A stretch of DNA of 64,000 bases, taken from NCBI GenBank assembly GCA_043228905.1, contig JBHGNT010000003.1, positions 23,932,001 to 23,996,000 on the forward strand, in the 5' to 3' direction. The stretch is from Azolla caroliniana. Lineage: Eukaryota; Plantae; Polypodiophyta. The notes beneath the pieces are model-generated. The model had not been told where the DNA came from. It searched no databases and worked only from the letters and a program-made list of their open reading frames with translations. The translations under genes and the position numbers were made by a program. Position 1 is the first letter of the stretch. Each line of letters starts with the position of its first letter. Below are positions 12,488-24,441 of this stretch, piece by piece.

Positions 12488-13762
12488 AGCTTTAAACCCC
12501 TTAATCAACAAATAGATGGGATGTATGCTATGAGTCTTGTCTTTAAGTGGGTTGGAGTTTGTTATGATATGTTTGGGAATCATTGCAACGAAAGTGATAC
12601 TCTAGGATGGGAAGTGAGATTGATGGATTTATATTTGGAAAATATCTATTGTTTTTGTTTACTCTCAAGAGCCAAGTGTTGCTTCATGAAGTGGATGTAT
12701 AGGGTGGCACTATCTCACTAAGTGCATGGAATGAAATAAAAAGAATCCAGAATTGTTTTTATGGAGAGAATTGGGATTAAAATCCTCTAGATCCTATGTT
12801 GCCTTGTTGGCAGAAATAGGTGCTCTCCCATAGAGATAGTAGTCGTGCACACAGTATTCAACTATATTGCAAAAGTCAAGAGCATGGCCAATCACAAATT
12901 GTCAAGACATGCTTGGAAAATAGGATGCAAGGTTCACCTTTCAATTACTAGAGCAAAATTCTCTTAGCTAATTACGTTCTTGACATTATGAAATGGTTTA
13001 AAAGATAAGGGGTAAAATATCAATTGGAGCTATGAAGCACGTGATCATCAAGGATCAATTACTATAGGCAGTAAGTATGAAGAACTAGATGCTGAAATGT
13101 AAAAATGGGAATGTTGCATTGCAAATGTTAACCCCCAAATTTCACACCAATACAAGGTAAAAATGCTAGAATACATACAATCGCATCTTCCTATCCTCAT
13201 GGCTTTGGTCTTGTGGAGCCTCCACGCTTCACTAAACTCACTCACACAAATTAGGCGTTGAGGTAGCATCATGGCATCATTATTCTAGTATGAAGAAGAT
13301 ATGTAAGGTATTCAATGAAAACTTCATGGAGGATGAATATCATTTACTTCTTACATTCCCAACATGTAATGTAATTTGAAGGAATCGACAACGGTTCGGT
13401 TTTGGCTTAACCGGTTTCACCTTATCCAAGCTAAACCGGTTAAGCCTAAACCGTTTCGGGGTTCTCAAACCTAAACTGAACCGATCCATAAACCGGTTTG
13501 GCCTAAACCGGTTTAGGAACTGGTTTGTGACACAAAAGCTGAAGAAACCCAAAAAACACCACATCTACCACTTCCTCCTACTCGTCTTCTCCTCCTCATA
13601 ACTCCCACCCCCTCGGCCTTACCACTCGTGAGTCCAAATTCAACTCCAAGTCCCATTCCCATGACTCCCTCTCCGTAGACTACTATGATTAGTCAATTGA
13701 CACCCACGAATCCCCAGCATCCCACCACCCGAACCACGATCCCTGAGCCCCGAGGCTATGTC

Positions 13763-16700
13763 TGTTGAGAAGAGATGAAAAGAGAAGAGGTGAGAGAGAC
13801 AGAGACAGAGAGAGAGAGAGGGAGAAAGTAAAGTAATGTAAAACTGTATTGAAATCGTCCTATTACAACTATAGGTCTTAGAGACCTATTTATAGCCATA
13901 TAAGGCAGTTAGAAACCTTTCTTGGTGTTATCACCGGGAGGGCAGTTATATTATATTTATTATTAATAATATTATTTAACTTATATTCTAATACACCCCC
14001 CTAAGTTAGATAATATTAACTAAGTAGCTTTTAATCCTAGTTTATTACAACTTTCGTAATGTTTTGATTTTTGTGTGGACTTCGTTAAGAAGTCTGCCCA
14101 TTGTTGTTCGGTGCGCACATGACTTATTTGAATATTGCCTTCATGTAGTAGTTCCCTCGTAAATTGTAGCTTCATGGCAATGTGCTTTGTTAGCTCAGAA
14201 TGTTTGAGATTTTTTTGCGAGCATGATGGCTGACATGTTATCACATTGAAGGAGAAGTGGATGATCAGGGAATAGAGTTGTTTCCTTCAAGAAGTCTTTT
14301 AGCCAAATTCCTTCTTTAAGTGCCAATGTCATTGCTACATATTCTGCTTCTGTTGATGAGAGTGTGACTCTTTGTTGCCTTTTGCTCTGCCATGAAATGG
14401 CACCATTTGATAGGAGGTAGACGTAGCCTGATGTCGATTGTAATGTGTCTTCATCACCCCCCCAATCGGCATCCGAGTAGCAAGTTAGGTATGGTGTCGA
14501 TAATGGTTGACATGCCGAGTAGGTGATGCCGAAGTCCTTAGTTTCTTGAAGGTACCTTAACAGGCGCTTCAAGTGTTGGGTGTGAATTGGACTTGGTGCA
14601 TAGTTTGGGTAATCTTGAGATATATAACCGGGTGGTTGCTCCATGTAGATCTCCTTCAAAGATCGGACTTTCGAAGGTTTGGGAGCACGAGCCTTGGGGA
14701 TTGGTCCTAGGATAGAAGGTTGATAGGTAGATTCTATTGGTATAATTGTATGTAGTGGTCTACTAGGGTTTGGTTGTTTGGTAGTGGTGGTATTCTTAAA
14801 TGAGTGGAGGGGTTCACTAGGGAATGATGAATTTGTAGGCATAGGGAATAGGAGGGATTTGGTTTTCTGTCCAAGGGACCAAGGAGGGGCTTTTGGTGTT
14901 GTAGGTGTGGGGGGGGCATGTAACGTTGGTTGTGTTGTGGTTGTTGGGACAATTGGAGTGAGAGTTTGTGGTGGGAGTGGGGCGAGTTGTGAGACTTCTT
15001 CCCATTCAACTTGAGTGTGTCTTTTTGGGGTAGAGAGTGGAATGGTTGGTGTGGTGGATGGTAGGGTTAATGGTGTTATGGGGTTGTGGATTTCTTGTTG
15101 GGGGCTAAGGAGAGAGGTTTCATTGAAGTATACTGAGTGTGCGAGGTGAAATTTTCGTTGCTCCGGATCATACAATCTGTATGCTTTGACGCCAAATCGG
15201 TCACCATAGCCCACGAAGATCATTCGCGTGCTTGTTGGATCCAACTTCTTTCTCAAGTCCAAAGCTTTCACCGGGTATGCTACACATCCAAAGATTCGAA
15301 GATGTTGAACATTGGGTGGCTTGCCAAACCAATGAAAATATGGTGTAGTTTTGGGGTCGTTTGCATGCGGAACCCGATTTTGGACATAGCACGTTGTCGC
15401 GACCGCCTCTTCCCAATAGGTTTTTGGTAGTCCCGCCGTAAGGAGCATGGCTCTAGCAGCGCCAACAAGGGTTCGATTCTTCCGTTCGGACACACCATTT
15501 TGTTGTGGCGTGTATGGAACGGTAAATTGTTGTTGGATGCCCTCGTCTTTACAAAATGCCTCGAATGCATTTGAGCCATATTCTCCGCCATTGTCGGAGC
15601 GAAGTGCTTGGATTGGAAGATCATGTTGACGGACTACGAGGTTGCAATGCTCTTTGAAGTGTGTGAGCACTTCGGACTTTTTCTTGAGGAAGTATATGGT
15701 CGTATACCTGCTAAAATCATCAATGAAAGTGAGAAAATAATGGGAGCCCGTGAGTGAGCTTGATTCCATGGGTCCACAAAGGTCACTATGTACTAGTTGG
15801 TTCAATTGTGTGGATTTGTTGAGTGATGTTTGGTGACTTTTGTGGCTAGATTTTCCTAAGATGCAACCTTCACACAATTCTATTGGGTTTAGATAGAGTG
15901 GTAAGCCAACACAAAGCTTATCTTTCACCATGCGATGTAGTGTGACACTATTTATGTGACCGAACCTATAATGCCACATAAGGGTGGACACAGCTTTAGC
16001 CATGTGAAGAGAATGGATAGAGGTGTGACCAATTACAGAGTGAGGATTAGACATAGATATAGCTAATGGATACAGACGGTCCTTCTGAGGTATTTTTATA
16101 ATTTCAAATTGTCCATTAGGGAGCTTGAAGTGAATAATACATGAGTCATGGAAGAACTCAATGGAAGATCCAGTTGAGGTAGCCGTTGTAACCGAAAGTA
16201 TATTTCGGCTAAGACCCGGAATGTGATATACATTGTAGATGTTGACGTTTACTCCACTTGGTAGGGTGATGTGAAGGTTCCCGACTCCGATGGCAGTGAG
16301 GAATTGGTTGTTCCCGAGGTAAACTCGCATGGTACTTGAGAGGTGTTTGTAGTCGCGGAGCCAATGCTTTTGTGGCGTCATGTGGTGAGTTGCACCAGTG
16401 TCGAGTAGCCATTCGGATATATCTGTGGTGTGGGAAAGACAATTGGAACTATTTAGTAATGATGTAAATAGTTGTAATGATTCCATACCATATTGGCCAA
16501 CTTCGGGCACATCTAGTTGTTGGAGGTGTGCTCTAGGATGTCGTCCATGTGGCTGTTGACGTTGTTGTTGTGATTGGTTCAGTTGTTCACGACGCTTGGT
16601 GCGGCACTCACGTTCAAGATGTCCATGGCGTCCACAATATGTGCAAACTTTTGTTGAAGCGGTGGCGGGTCGCATGTTGTTGTTGTTCCTTCGAAAGGGA

Positions 16701-17810
16701 GGTCCCCTTTTGAAGTTAGGTTGTCTTTGCACATATTGCATCGACGGTGTTGAAAAAGTTGCATTTGAGTGATGAGCGCCATTTCGCATGATCTCTTCTT
16801 GGCGGATGCGTGCCATAAGAGATTCGACGGTGAGGCCCGTCATTGATGCTTGAGTGGTTATAAATGGTCGCCAAGAGGAGGGCAATGCTGCTAGGAGTAA
16901 CATTGCTTGTAGATTTGAATCTAATTGTAGTCCCGAGAGGAGGGCATTGTCGAGTAAGATGCGCCATTCATCAAGAAATTTGGTGATTTCTTGGTTTTCT
17001 GTGACGGAGGAAATTAGGAGCTTTTTGAGTGATGCGACTTGGGTGATCAAATCTTCATGATGATAAGTGCTTCGGAGTACTTTCCAAATTTCCGCTGAGG
17101 TGTCGCAACGTCGGACCATTTGCACTTGCGGGTCTCCAAGGTGGAACATGAGTTCGGTTTGGGCTTGGAGATCTTTTGCCATCCACTCGGTGTTATTGGT
17201 TTCGGTGGGTTGGGTTGTGCCACTTACCACGTTCCACAGGTCTGCTCGTTTGAGCATCAATGTCATCCGTGTGGCCCATGTAAGGTAGTTGGGGCCCGTG
17301 AGTTTGTCGAGGTTGTAACTTCTCGTAGTGGTTGGGACGAGCGGAGTAGTGCCTTGCGTTGTTGAAAAACCCGGTATTGGGGTTGATGGGCTGGGTGTCG
17401 ATATGGACGAATTAGGTGTGCCATGTGCATGTTGTGCCATAGTTGTCCGGATCAACTAATGGTAAGAGCACTGGCTGTGAAGGAAGAAAGGGAAGAGGAC
17501 GGTGGTGGCAAGGGCACTGGCTGTGAAGAAAGAAAGGAAAGAGGACGGTGGTTGGAGAGAGCCTAACGCTCTGATACCATGTTGAGAAGAGATGAAAAGA
17601 GAAGAGGTGAGAGAGACAGAGACAGAGAGAGAGAGAGGGAGAAAGTAAAGTAATGTAAAACTGTATTGAAATCGTCCTATTACAACTATAGGTCTTAGAG
17701 ACCTATTTATAGCCATATAAGGCAGTTAGAAACCTTTCTTGGTGTTATCACCGGGAGGGCAGTTATATTATATTTATTATTAATAATATTATTTAACTTA
17801 TATTCTAATA
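13763..17810 (-). mobile_element. Ty1/Copia LTR retrotransposon 1 (short-LTR, Ale-like), RT-deleted
   Basis: 231-bp LTRs 13763-13993 and 17580-17810, identical by eye. TSD ATGTC. tRNA-iMet PBS TGGTATCAGAGC at 17579-17568. PPT at about 13994-14005. Confidence 0.95.
14020..17455 (-). CDS. Copia Gag-PR-INT-(RT deleted)-RNase H polyprotein, +1 frameshift in an A-run near 14213
   Basis: CTYCGRHGHLEREC zinc knuckle; WLLDTGA protease; WHYRFGH..CEGC, HSDLCGP, SDNGGEY, QQNGVSER integrase. Only EIYMEQPPG is left of RT. YSDADWGG, SSTEAEY and WADFLTK mark RNase H. Confidence 0.88.
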
Positions 17811-18309
17811 ATGTCGACATGTTACTCTCGGTGATCCAATCCTTCTCCAAAGAATGTATATAACATCAAGGAGGTTCTCTGATCGTCCATTATGCAAGCT
17901 CCCTCTCCCTCTCTGTTCCTTCCTCTCCCGTCACTCAACAATGTGTTCTACCTTTGTCAAGTCTCTTTGTCAACTTTCAAGTTCTACCTTCTAAGTATCT
18001 AATTTCTAACTTTCTAAACCCTAATTCTTAAATTCTAACTTCTAACTTGTAAGTGTCTAATTTCTAACTTTCTAAACCCTAATTCTTAAATAACATAAAT
18101 GGCTTAAACGGCTTAGCCGGTTTGGCAAGGCTCAAGCCAAGTCGAACCGAGCTCAAACCATATAGGTAGGCTCAAGCCTAAACCGAGCTAAGCCGCTAAG
18201 CCGCTAAGCCGTTAAAAACCGGTTTAGGCTTGAGCCGAGCCGTTGTCGATCCCTAGTAATTGGTGAGAAATATGGTGAGTTTTTTAATGAGTATGATAAT
18301 AAGTCAATC

Positions 18310-19776
18310 TGACGAAAGGAGACAGATGTTGGGAGGGCGTACTAGATGTGCATGGGCAGAATTAGTTTGTGGACGACACTTCTATAGGTGCGTGGACAAC
18401 ATTTCTAACTAAACCTATAGACCAACAAACGCTATTGCTTAGTAATATAAGAGGCGGAAAGATAATGTATTCTACAATACAAAACGCCCTTTCTAATATT
18501 TAGATGCAAATTGGATCTACCACAGAAGTGGATGGGTTTATTTACTCCATTGGATGTTTTGATTGTAGTAAATGCCTATATTGGGAAACAAGAGTGTATG
18601 ATTTTTTATGTATAGGATGATGGTACGTTAATCTTCACACATAAGGAAACTAATTTGTTTGCATAAAGAAGTGAGGGTGATTGCAAATGATGGATCAAAT
18701 TGGGTCTTAGATCCAGATCCACAAAATGTGAATTCTTTTAGGAGGATTTGGATTATGGAAAGGAGACCAATATCTAGATTATCTTGGGATCTTGGAGAAC
18801 TGTATTGGAAGGTGTGGGTTCAAGCTCAGATAAAATATGTGCATTTTTTTCAATATTTTGTGAAGATTGGTAGATAAATATTAGGCGTTAGATCATAGAA
18901 AGAACCAACAACAAATGTCTTTTGGAGATGAAATGGATTTTCTCCACAAATACTCAAACAATTTTGGAAATGGTTGTGGGGTATAAAAATGAGTAGAAAA
19001 ATTGTTTGTTTCTGTTGGTTCTTGGTTCATAAAGCTATACCAATTAATGGATGACGAAAAGGGAATGTAGACAAGATGTGCCCTTTCTCTACAAATCTAG
19101 TAGAGACTGCTAAGCATTGTTTGTGGAGTAACCATGGTTTTGCTATGGACATATCTAGGAAACGAATCATAACATCATTGATACTAGTATAACCTCGAGT
19201 AGTGTGTACATGGGAGCGGTATTATTGGCGGCGGTAGAAGGTAAACCAATAGTATATGAACAAGAGGAGGTCATTGATGCTATTGTGATGAGACATGGTT
19301 TGATGGAAAAACATTTGATACCTTTGAATCCACAAATAGAGATTGCTAAACCTCAAATATGGCAATTGGTAAGTAGTATTACAATTTGGTATATTTGGAA
19401 GGCTCAATGTTTGAAGGTATTTCAAAATGTGACTGAAAGACCTAGCCAAATAATTTTTGGGATTTGGACAGAGATTGTGCATAATCTCAGAGGTTTGTTG
19501 GATAATATAAAAGGTAATACACAACAAGCGGAGCTTAAGCGTTTGGAGTTTCATGCCATCTGGGACATAAACATATTTTATAGACAACTTTCTGATAAGG
19601 TGAAGTGGTTTTACTATGCATCAAAGTATTTATTTAAGTCGATGGTTAGAATTTAGAAAAAAGGGGATTTGTGTTATATCTTATATATACAACATTACGA
19701 AGTTTTCTAATACGAACGTAGTATCTTTTTTTATAAAAATAAATAAAAAGTATCTTTTTTTATAAAAATAAATAAA
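18310..19776 (+). mobile_element. 5'-truncated, degenerate L1-like LINE 3' end
   Basis: zf-RVT-like remnants (WFLVHKAIP, MCPF..ETAKHCLW, WQLVSSITIWYIWKAQC). A-rich tail with a 29-bp tandem duplication. TSD AAGTCAATC at 18301-18309 and 19777-19785. Empty site near 6003. Confidence 0.8.
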
Positions 19777-20166
19777 AAGTCAATCATAGACCCTAAACTC
19801 TAAACAATGATAATTATATATACTTTTATATACCAACAATTAAGTTAATACATACTTAAATAGATGATCTTTCACCCCTAATTAATACATCATGATTCAT
19901 AATAATACTAATTATCATAGTAGATAACTAACCAAATGCTAATGAGATGAATTAATCTCGGCAAATTTTTTTTTAGACAATGCAAGATCCACAAAAATGG
20001 AGGAAAGACAACAAATGTGCGTCTTTTGATTTGCTTGCAAATACAAACGTCACATTATGCATTTTTCTCTTGAAATTCTCATGAATACATGGGAGAGGGC
20101 AGGATGTGGATATTTCCATTGAGCTATAAATGGAATATACACAAACCAATATAGTTTCTTTCAGCT

Positions 20167-23017
20167 CTACCGAGGCTCTAACAAGCTGATCGACTCTTCC
20201 ACGTGACTGATTGTTGTTTTTCTGGTGGATGTGGAGGTAGTGCTACTGCTTATGACACTGGTACTTGTGGTGCTATTTGTGTTGGATGGATCTGGACGCG
20301 ATTGGCGCCGTAGAACATAAGTGAGTTCCAGAGGAGGATCAGGGACCTCTACATGCTGCTCCAGCATCAACAGGATCGTGCTCATCGCCGGCCGAGACGA
20401 GGCATTCTCTTGAATGCACCAGAATGCAACATGGATGAGCTTCTTCATACTCTCCGTGGCAACTGCATAGCTATCTTTCACTTCCTCCAACAACTGCTTG
20501 TCAATGACAGACATTATGTCCCCATTCTCCGCTTGCTTCACTGCCCAAGCCGGAAAATACCATCCATCCTCGCTTCCCATCGCCAAATTGAGGTTCTTAC
20601 GCCCACCCACAAGCTCTAACAGCACCATTCCATAGCTAAACACATCACTCTTCTCTGTGATGGGCAAATTCAAAAACCACTCGGGAGCCATGTAACCTGG
20701 TGTTCCCCGCATTGCAGTCACGGTCTGGTTGTTCTCTCCTTCTCTCTCGATAAGCTTGCACAGCCCGAAATCTGCAAGCTTTGCCCTAAAGTTGGCATCT
20801 AGCAGTAGGTTCTGTGGCTTCACATCCAAATGGACAACTTTATCTCTGCTTCCTTCATGCAAAAAGGCGAGTCCTCGTGCCATGTCTACAGCAATCTTGT
20901 ACCGTATCTCCCATGGCAAGGTATGTGATTGGTCCTCATTCTTCTCTTCTGTGGTAATAGGGTTACCTCTGAATATCCATCTGTCCAGAGAACCATTCTC
21001 CATGTACTCGTATACGAGAAGGCGATGAGTCCCTTCTGCACAGAACCCCCTCAGCTGGACAAGATTGACATGGCTCAAGCTGCCCAGTGCAGCTACCTCT
21101 GTTCTGAATTGCTTCTTCCCTGATGCTGCGATGGTTGCCCGCTCAGAGAACTTAATTCGCCACAAAGGGAAAATATAAATTAATAAGACAGAACTGGATC
21201 GCTGACATTACGAAAAATGGAACAAATATAACCAATGCATGACATGAACTGGTATATATAAGCTTGATTACCAAGAGCTGTTTCACTGCTACTTTGATTG
21301 CACCGGCCGTGGTGACCACATTGCTGCTATGATTCTGATTTCGATGAGTAGGGGGAGGTAGGATAAGGCCTTCATAAACGGCGCCCGAACCCCCTTTTCC
21401 TAGCTTCTTGCTGAATCCCTCTGTGGCAGCTTCTAGCTCCTTGTAAGAGTATCTAGGAGGCAAGCCGGGTAAGCTTTCCAGGAAAGCCTCTTCCTCTGAA
21501 TCAGGGCACTCTACTGGCTTCCTTGCTAGTTTTCTACCAATGAACACTCCGAGAACGGCAAGGCCAATGACCGAAACACCTAACCCAATGCTTACACCGA
21601 TGATAGCATTCTTGGAGATTCCATTACCATTAGGAACACTCGTAGCAGGTAAGTGTGCGACCCTGAGGTACGCGGTGACACTGGGGTTAGCACCGGATTG
21701 CATGGTCTGAACCTGGTCATAGAGATAGCAATCCTGTGTTTTGTTGTTGTAGAAGGCGGCTGTGCAAGAGCAATTGGGCAAACATAAATTAGTGCATTCG
21801 GTTGCACTGGTCACATTGTGAGAATCCATGTATGTATTAGCGAAGTAATCCACCCCTGGCACCTGCAGAAATTGATGTTCCATAGCTATGCTGCAATTGA
21901 GCGGAGTGGTGATGCGACATCCCTGTCGAGGATCTGATGAGTCCACTTGGGTGAAGAGATCTGGACAGCTGCAAGTTTGGAGAGAGCTACAAAGGCTGTT
22001 TACACTGCAGTAGGAGGGCAACTTGCAGTAGCTGCTGAAGAATCCCTTGAAAAGTTCATTGTCGAGTTGGAGGCCTTTATCAGAGACGAGAAAAGAGTCT
22101 ATGTCGCCCGTCGGCATTAGACGTAGATATCTGAAGCCGGAGCCCCCCAAACGGGTGCTAAAAGTGATGCCGTGAATTGTGTACTCACCTGATTGTGCTT
22201 GACACTCGGGAGTAATTACAGAGTCTTCTTGATCTAGGGTCACCCCGGATCCATCTGCGTTATAGATCACCACAGTGCGATTGCAAGCAGACTGTAAAGC
22301 TCCACTGAGGTTTCCGGCAACGCCTTCTGCATAAGTGATGACTGCATAGGGTATATTGGTCTGTTGTTGGTCGAAGGTTGCATAGAGCACAGGGCCACCA
22401 AGCTCCTCCTTGAGGGTATAATGCCCAGTGGAGACATCATCCAGTGAGAGGCGCGCAGTGATACTGTGGTTAGGCTTAAGGCCCTGTCCTGCGAGGATAA
22501 GATCTGTAGGGTAATCGTAGCTCTGCCAGAGGGTGGAGTTCCTGTCATCTTGCATCACAAGGTTCCCCGTGCTATTCATCAGAACACTCTATATCCCAGG
22601 GAGGGAAGACCAAACGATGCTCGTATTCGGATTAGCGTTTGTTGAGTTGTTGTTGTTAGAGGTGCTAATTGAGGTGTGGTCTTGAAGTATGATCTGTCGG
22701 TCAGGGTAAATAAGGTTTAGGGTTGCGTTCGGTGAGACGGGGTGGTCTCTGTTAGCAATCCAAACGACCGTAGTGTTGAAGAGGGTGCTGAGTATGACGA
22801 GAAGGCGTGTGTTGTTTGTATATGATACAAATTGCAAAGTGAAGGACCCATCCTGACTAAGAAGAATCTGGAGGCTAGTATTCTGTGCTGTGGCTATGGT
22901 GGTGTTGCGATCAGGTATTAATAGTTGCTCAGGAATCGTGGCAGTATAAGATGGTATGAGAACGAGATTGAGAGAAGTAGCCATGACTGCAATGGTGAGG
23001 AATATAGATATGGTCAT
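20167..23017 (-). pseudogene. SD2-like lectin receptor kinase copy C; full length but with a single in-frame nonsense codon (Y143*)
   Basis: GGG ATA TAG AGT GTT at 22591-22589, versus ATA TAC AGT in copies A and D. The frame is otherwise open. Intron 21271-21151; kinase exon 21150-20167 intact. Confidence 0.88.
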
Positions 23018-23888
23018 GTTGTAATGGAGAAGAAGAAGAAGATGATGATGATGAAGAAGGCAGCGACGACGACGATGTGTGTGTCAGTATGATTCAATGG
23101 AGATTTCTCCGCAAAGTAATTGACGATGATATTAGCATCAGAGAAAGAGAGAGGCGGATACAGTGTTCCATTCCATTGGTGTTGAGATCTGTCTGGCATG
23201 GGCGAGAGACCTGCATTCATTTATACAACTGAATTGACAGTTTGTCCTGCATAAAATTTAGACCAAGTCTTTTGTCTATTTTCTTGTGTCTTTTTGTGTA
23301 GCACTTTTTGTTTCATTTAATCCGGTTTTGGATAAAAACAAGGTGCCATCGGCTGAAGGAACAAGTCAAGAAGGTCAGAGATTTTTCTACGGAAATTCCC
23401 AAAAATAATATGGTATCACTGAAAAGGAACGAGAACGAGACTCATTGGACACATGGGAATATTGTGTGAAGTATGAACATTGTGGGGAAACTCGAGTGAC
23501 GTTTTGGGCACATGGTAACTCCAGGGACTCATTTAACACCGGGTATACCTTTAACCTTGTCCTTTTGTGAACGCTATGGGGGGGAACTTTAGTGACTTGT
23601 AGAAAATGACGTGTTGGAGTAGTTGATCTTCACATGTATTTATATTATTCTGCATTCAAATTTTAAATTACGGAGACGTTTTGCAAATGGAAACAACTCA
23701 ACATTCAGTTTACATATTGTGCACATATATAGACAAGGCTAGAAAAGTTGCACTCATCTTTTTATTTATTTATCATGGGTTATAGAGCATAAAGTTATTC
23801 CAAAATTTGGTGGGATATGGTGGAGAAATACGACAAAACAAAGGTATAACTCTTGTGGTATAATTTTGGGAATAGGTGGTGTCAAAGA

Positions 23889-24441
23889 TGTTAGGATCGA
23901 GACTGGCCACAACCAGTTATACTCTCGAATATGTGTTCGGATGCAAAGAACAAGAAAGCTAGTACACAGACAGAAAAATGAAAATACAGAAAACGAGATA
24001 CAGAGACATAGTGTTCAACGTGGAAAACCCAAATCAGGAAAACCACGTGTAGTCCTCGAACTCCGAACTAGATCACTATGATAAGGAGGAGTACAATAAG
24101 ATACTCGAAGGCAACGACCTCGAGATCTTGTTCGTCTATCAGACGGCTACTAAGTTACTACTCTCACTCACTCTCTTACTCACAGTTACAGAGGCAACTA
24201 CATTTAATGTAACTTTACAACAATAATGATCAACCGCTCAACATAAAGTTTTGCCCTAGGTTTATTTATACATATATAACTTTCTGGCCATTTACATACA
24301 TAGCCCACAAGGGGCACATTTAGACTATTTACATATATGGTCTCCCGATTTCAGTTTCAGTTTTTATTCTCGACCTCGGCCGAATTCTATCCGATTTGGC
24401 TTGTACTCTTCTTCCCATCCGGAGGGACATGTTTCCCAACA
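23889..24441 (-). mobile_element. Solo LTR (Copia, Tork/Tnt1-like), 553 bp
   Basis: TGTTAGGA...TCCCAACA termini. TSD AAAGA at 23884-23888 and 24442-24446. Empty site near 5122. Reverse-strand CGTGGTTTT...GGGTTTTCCACG motif as in the Copia 2 LTR. Confidence 0.88.

Larger units (their letters stand above)
13379..18255. mobile_element. hAT-type non-autonomous element/MITE (~0.82 kb without the nested Copia)
   Basis: TIRs AAGGAATCGACAACGGTTCGG / CCGAGCCGTTGTCGATCCCTA. 8-bp TSD GTAATTTG (13371-13378) / GTAATTGG (18256-18263). AAACCG/AAGCCG subterminal repeats. Empty sites near 5958 and 25008. Confidence 0.85.
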
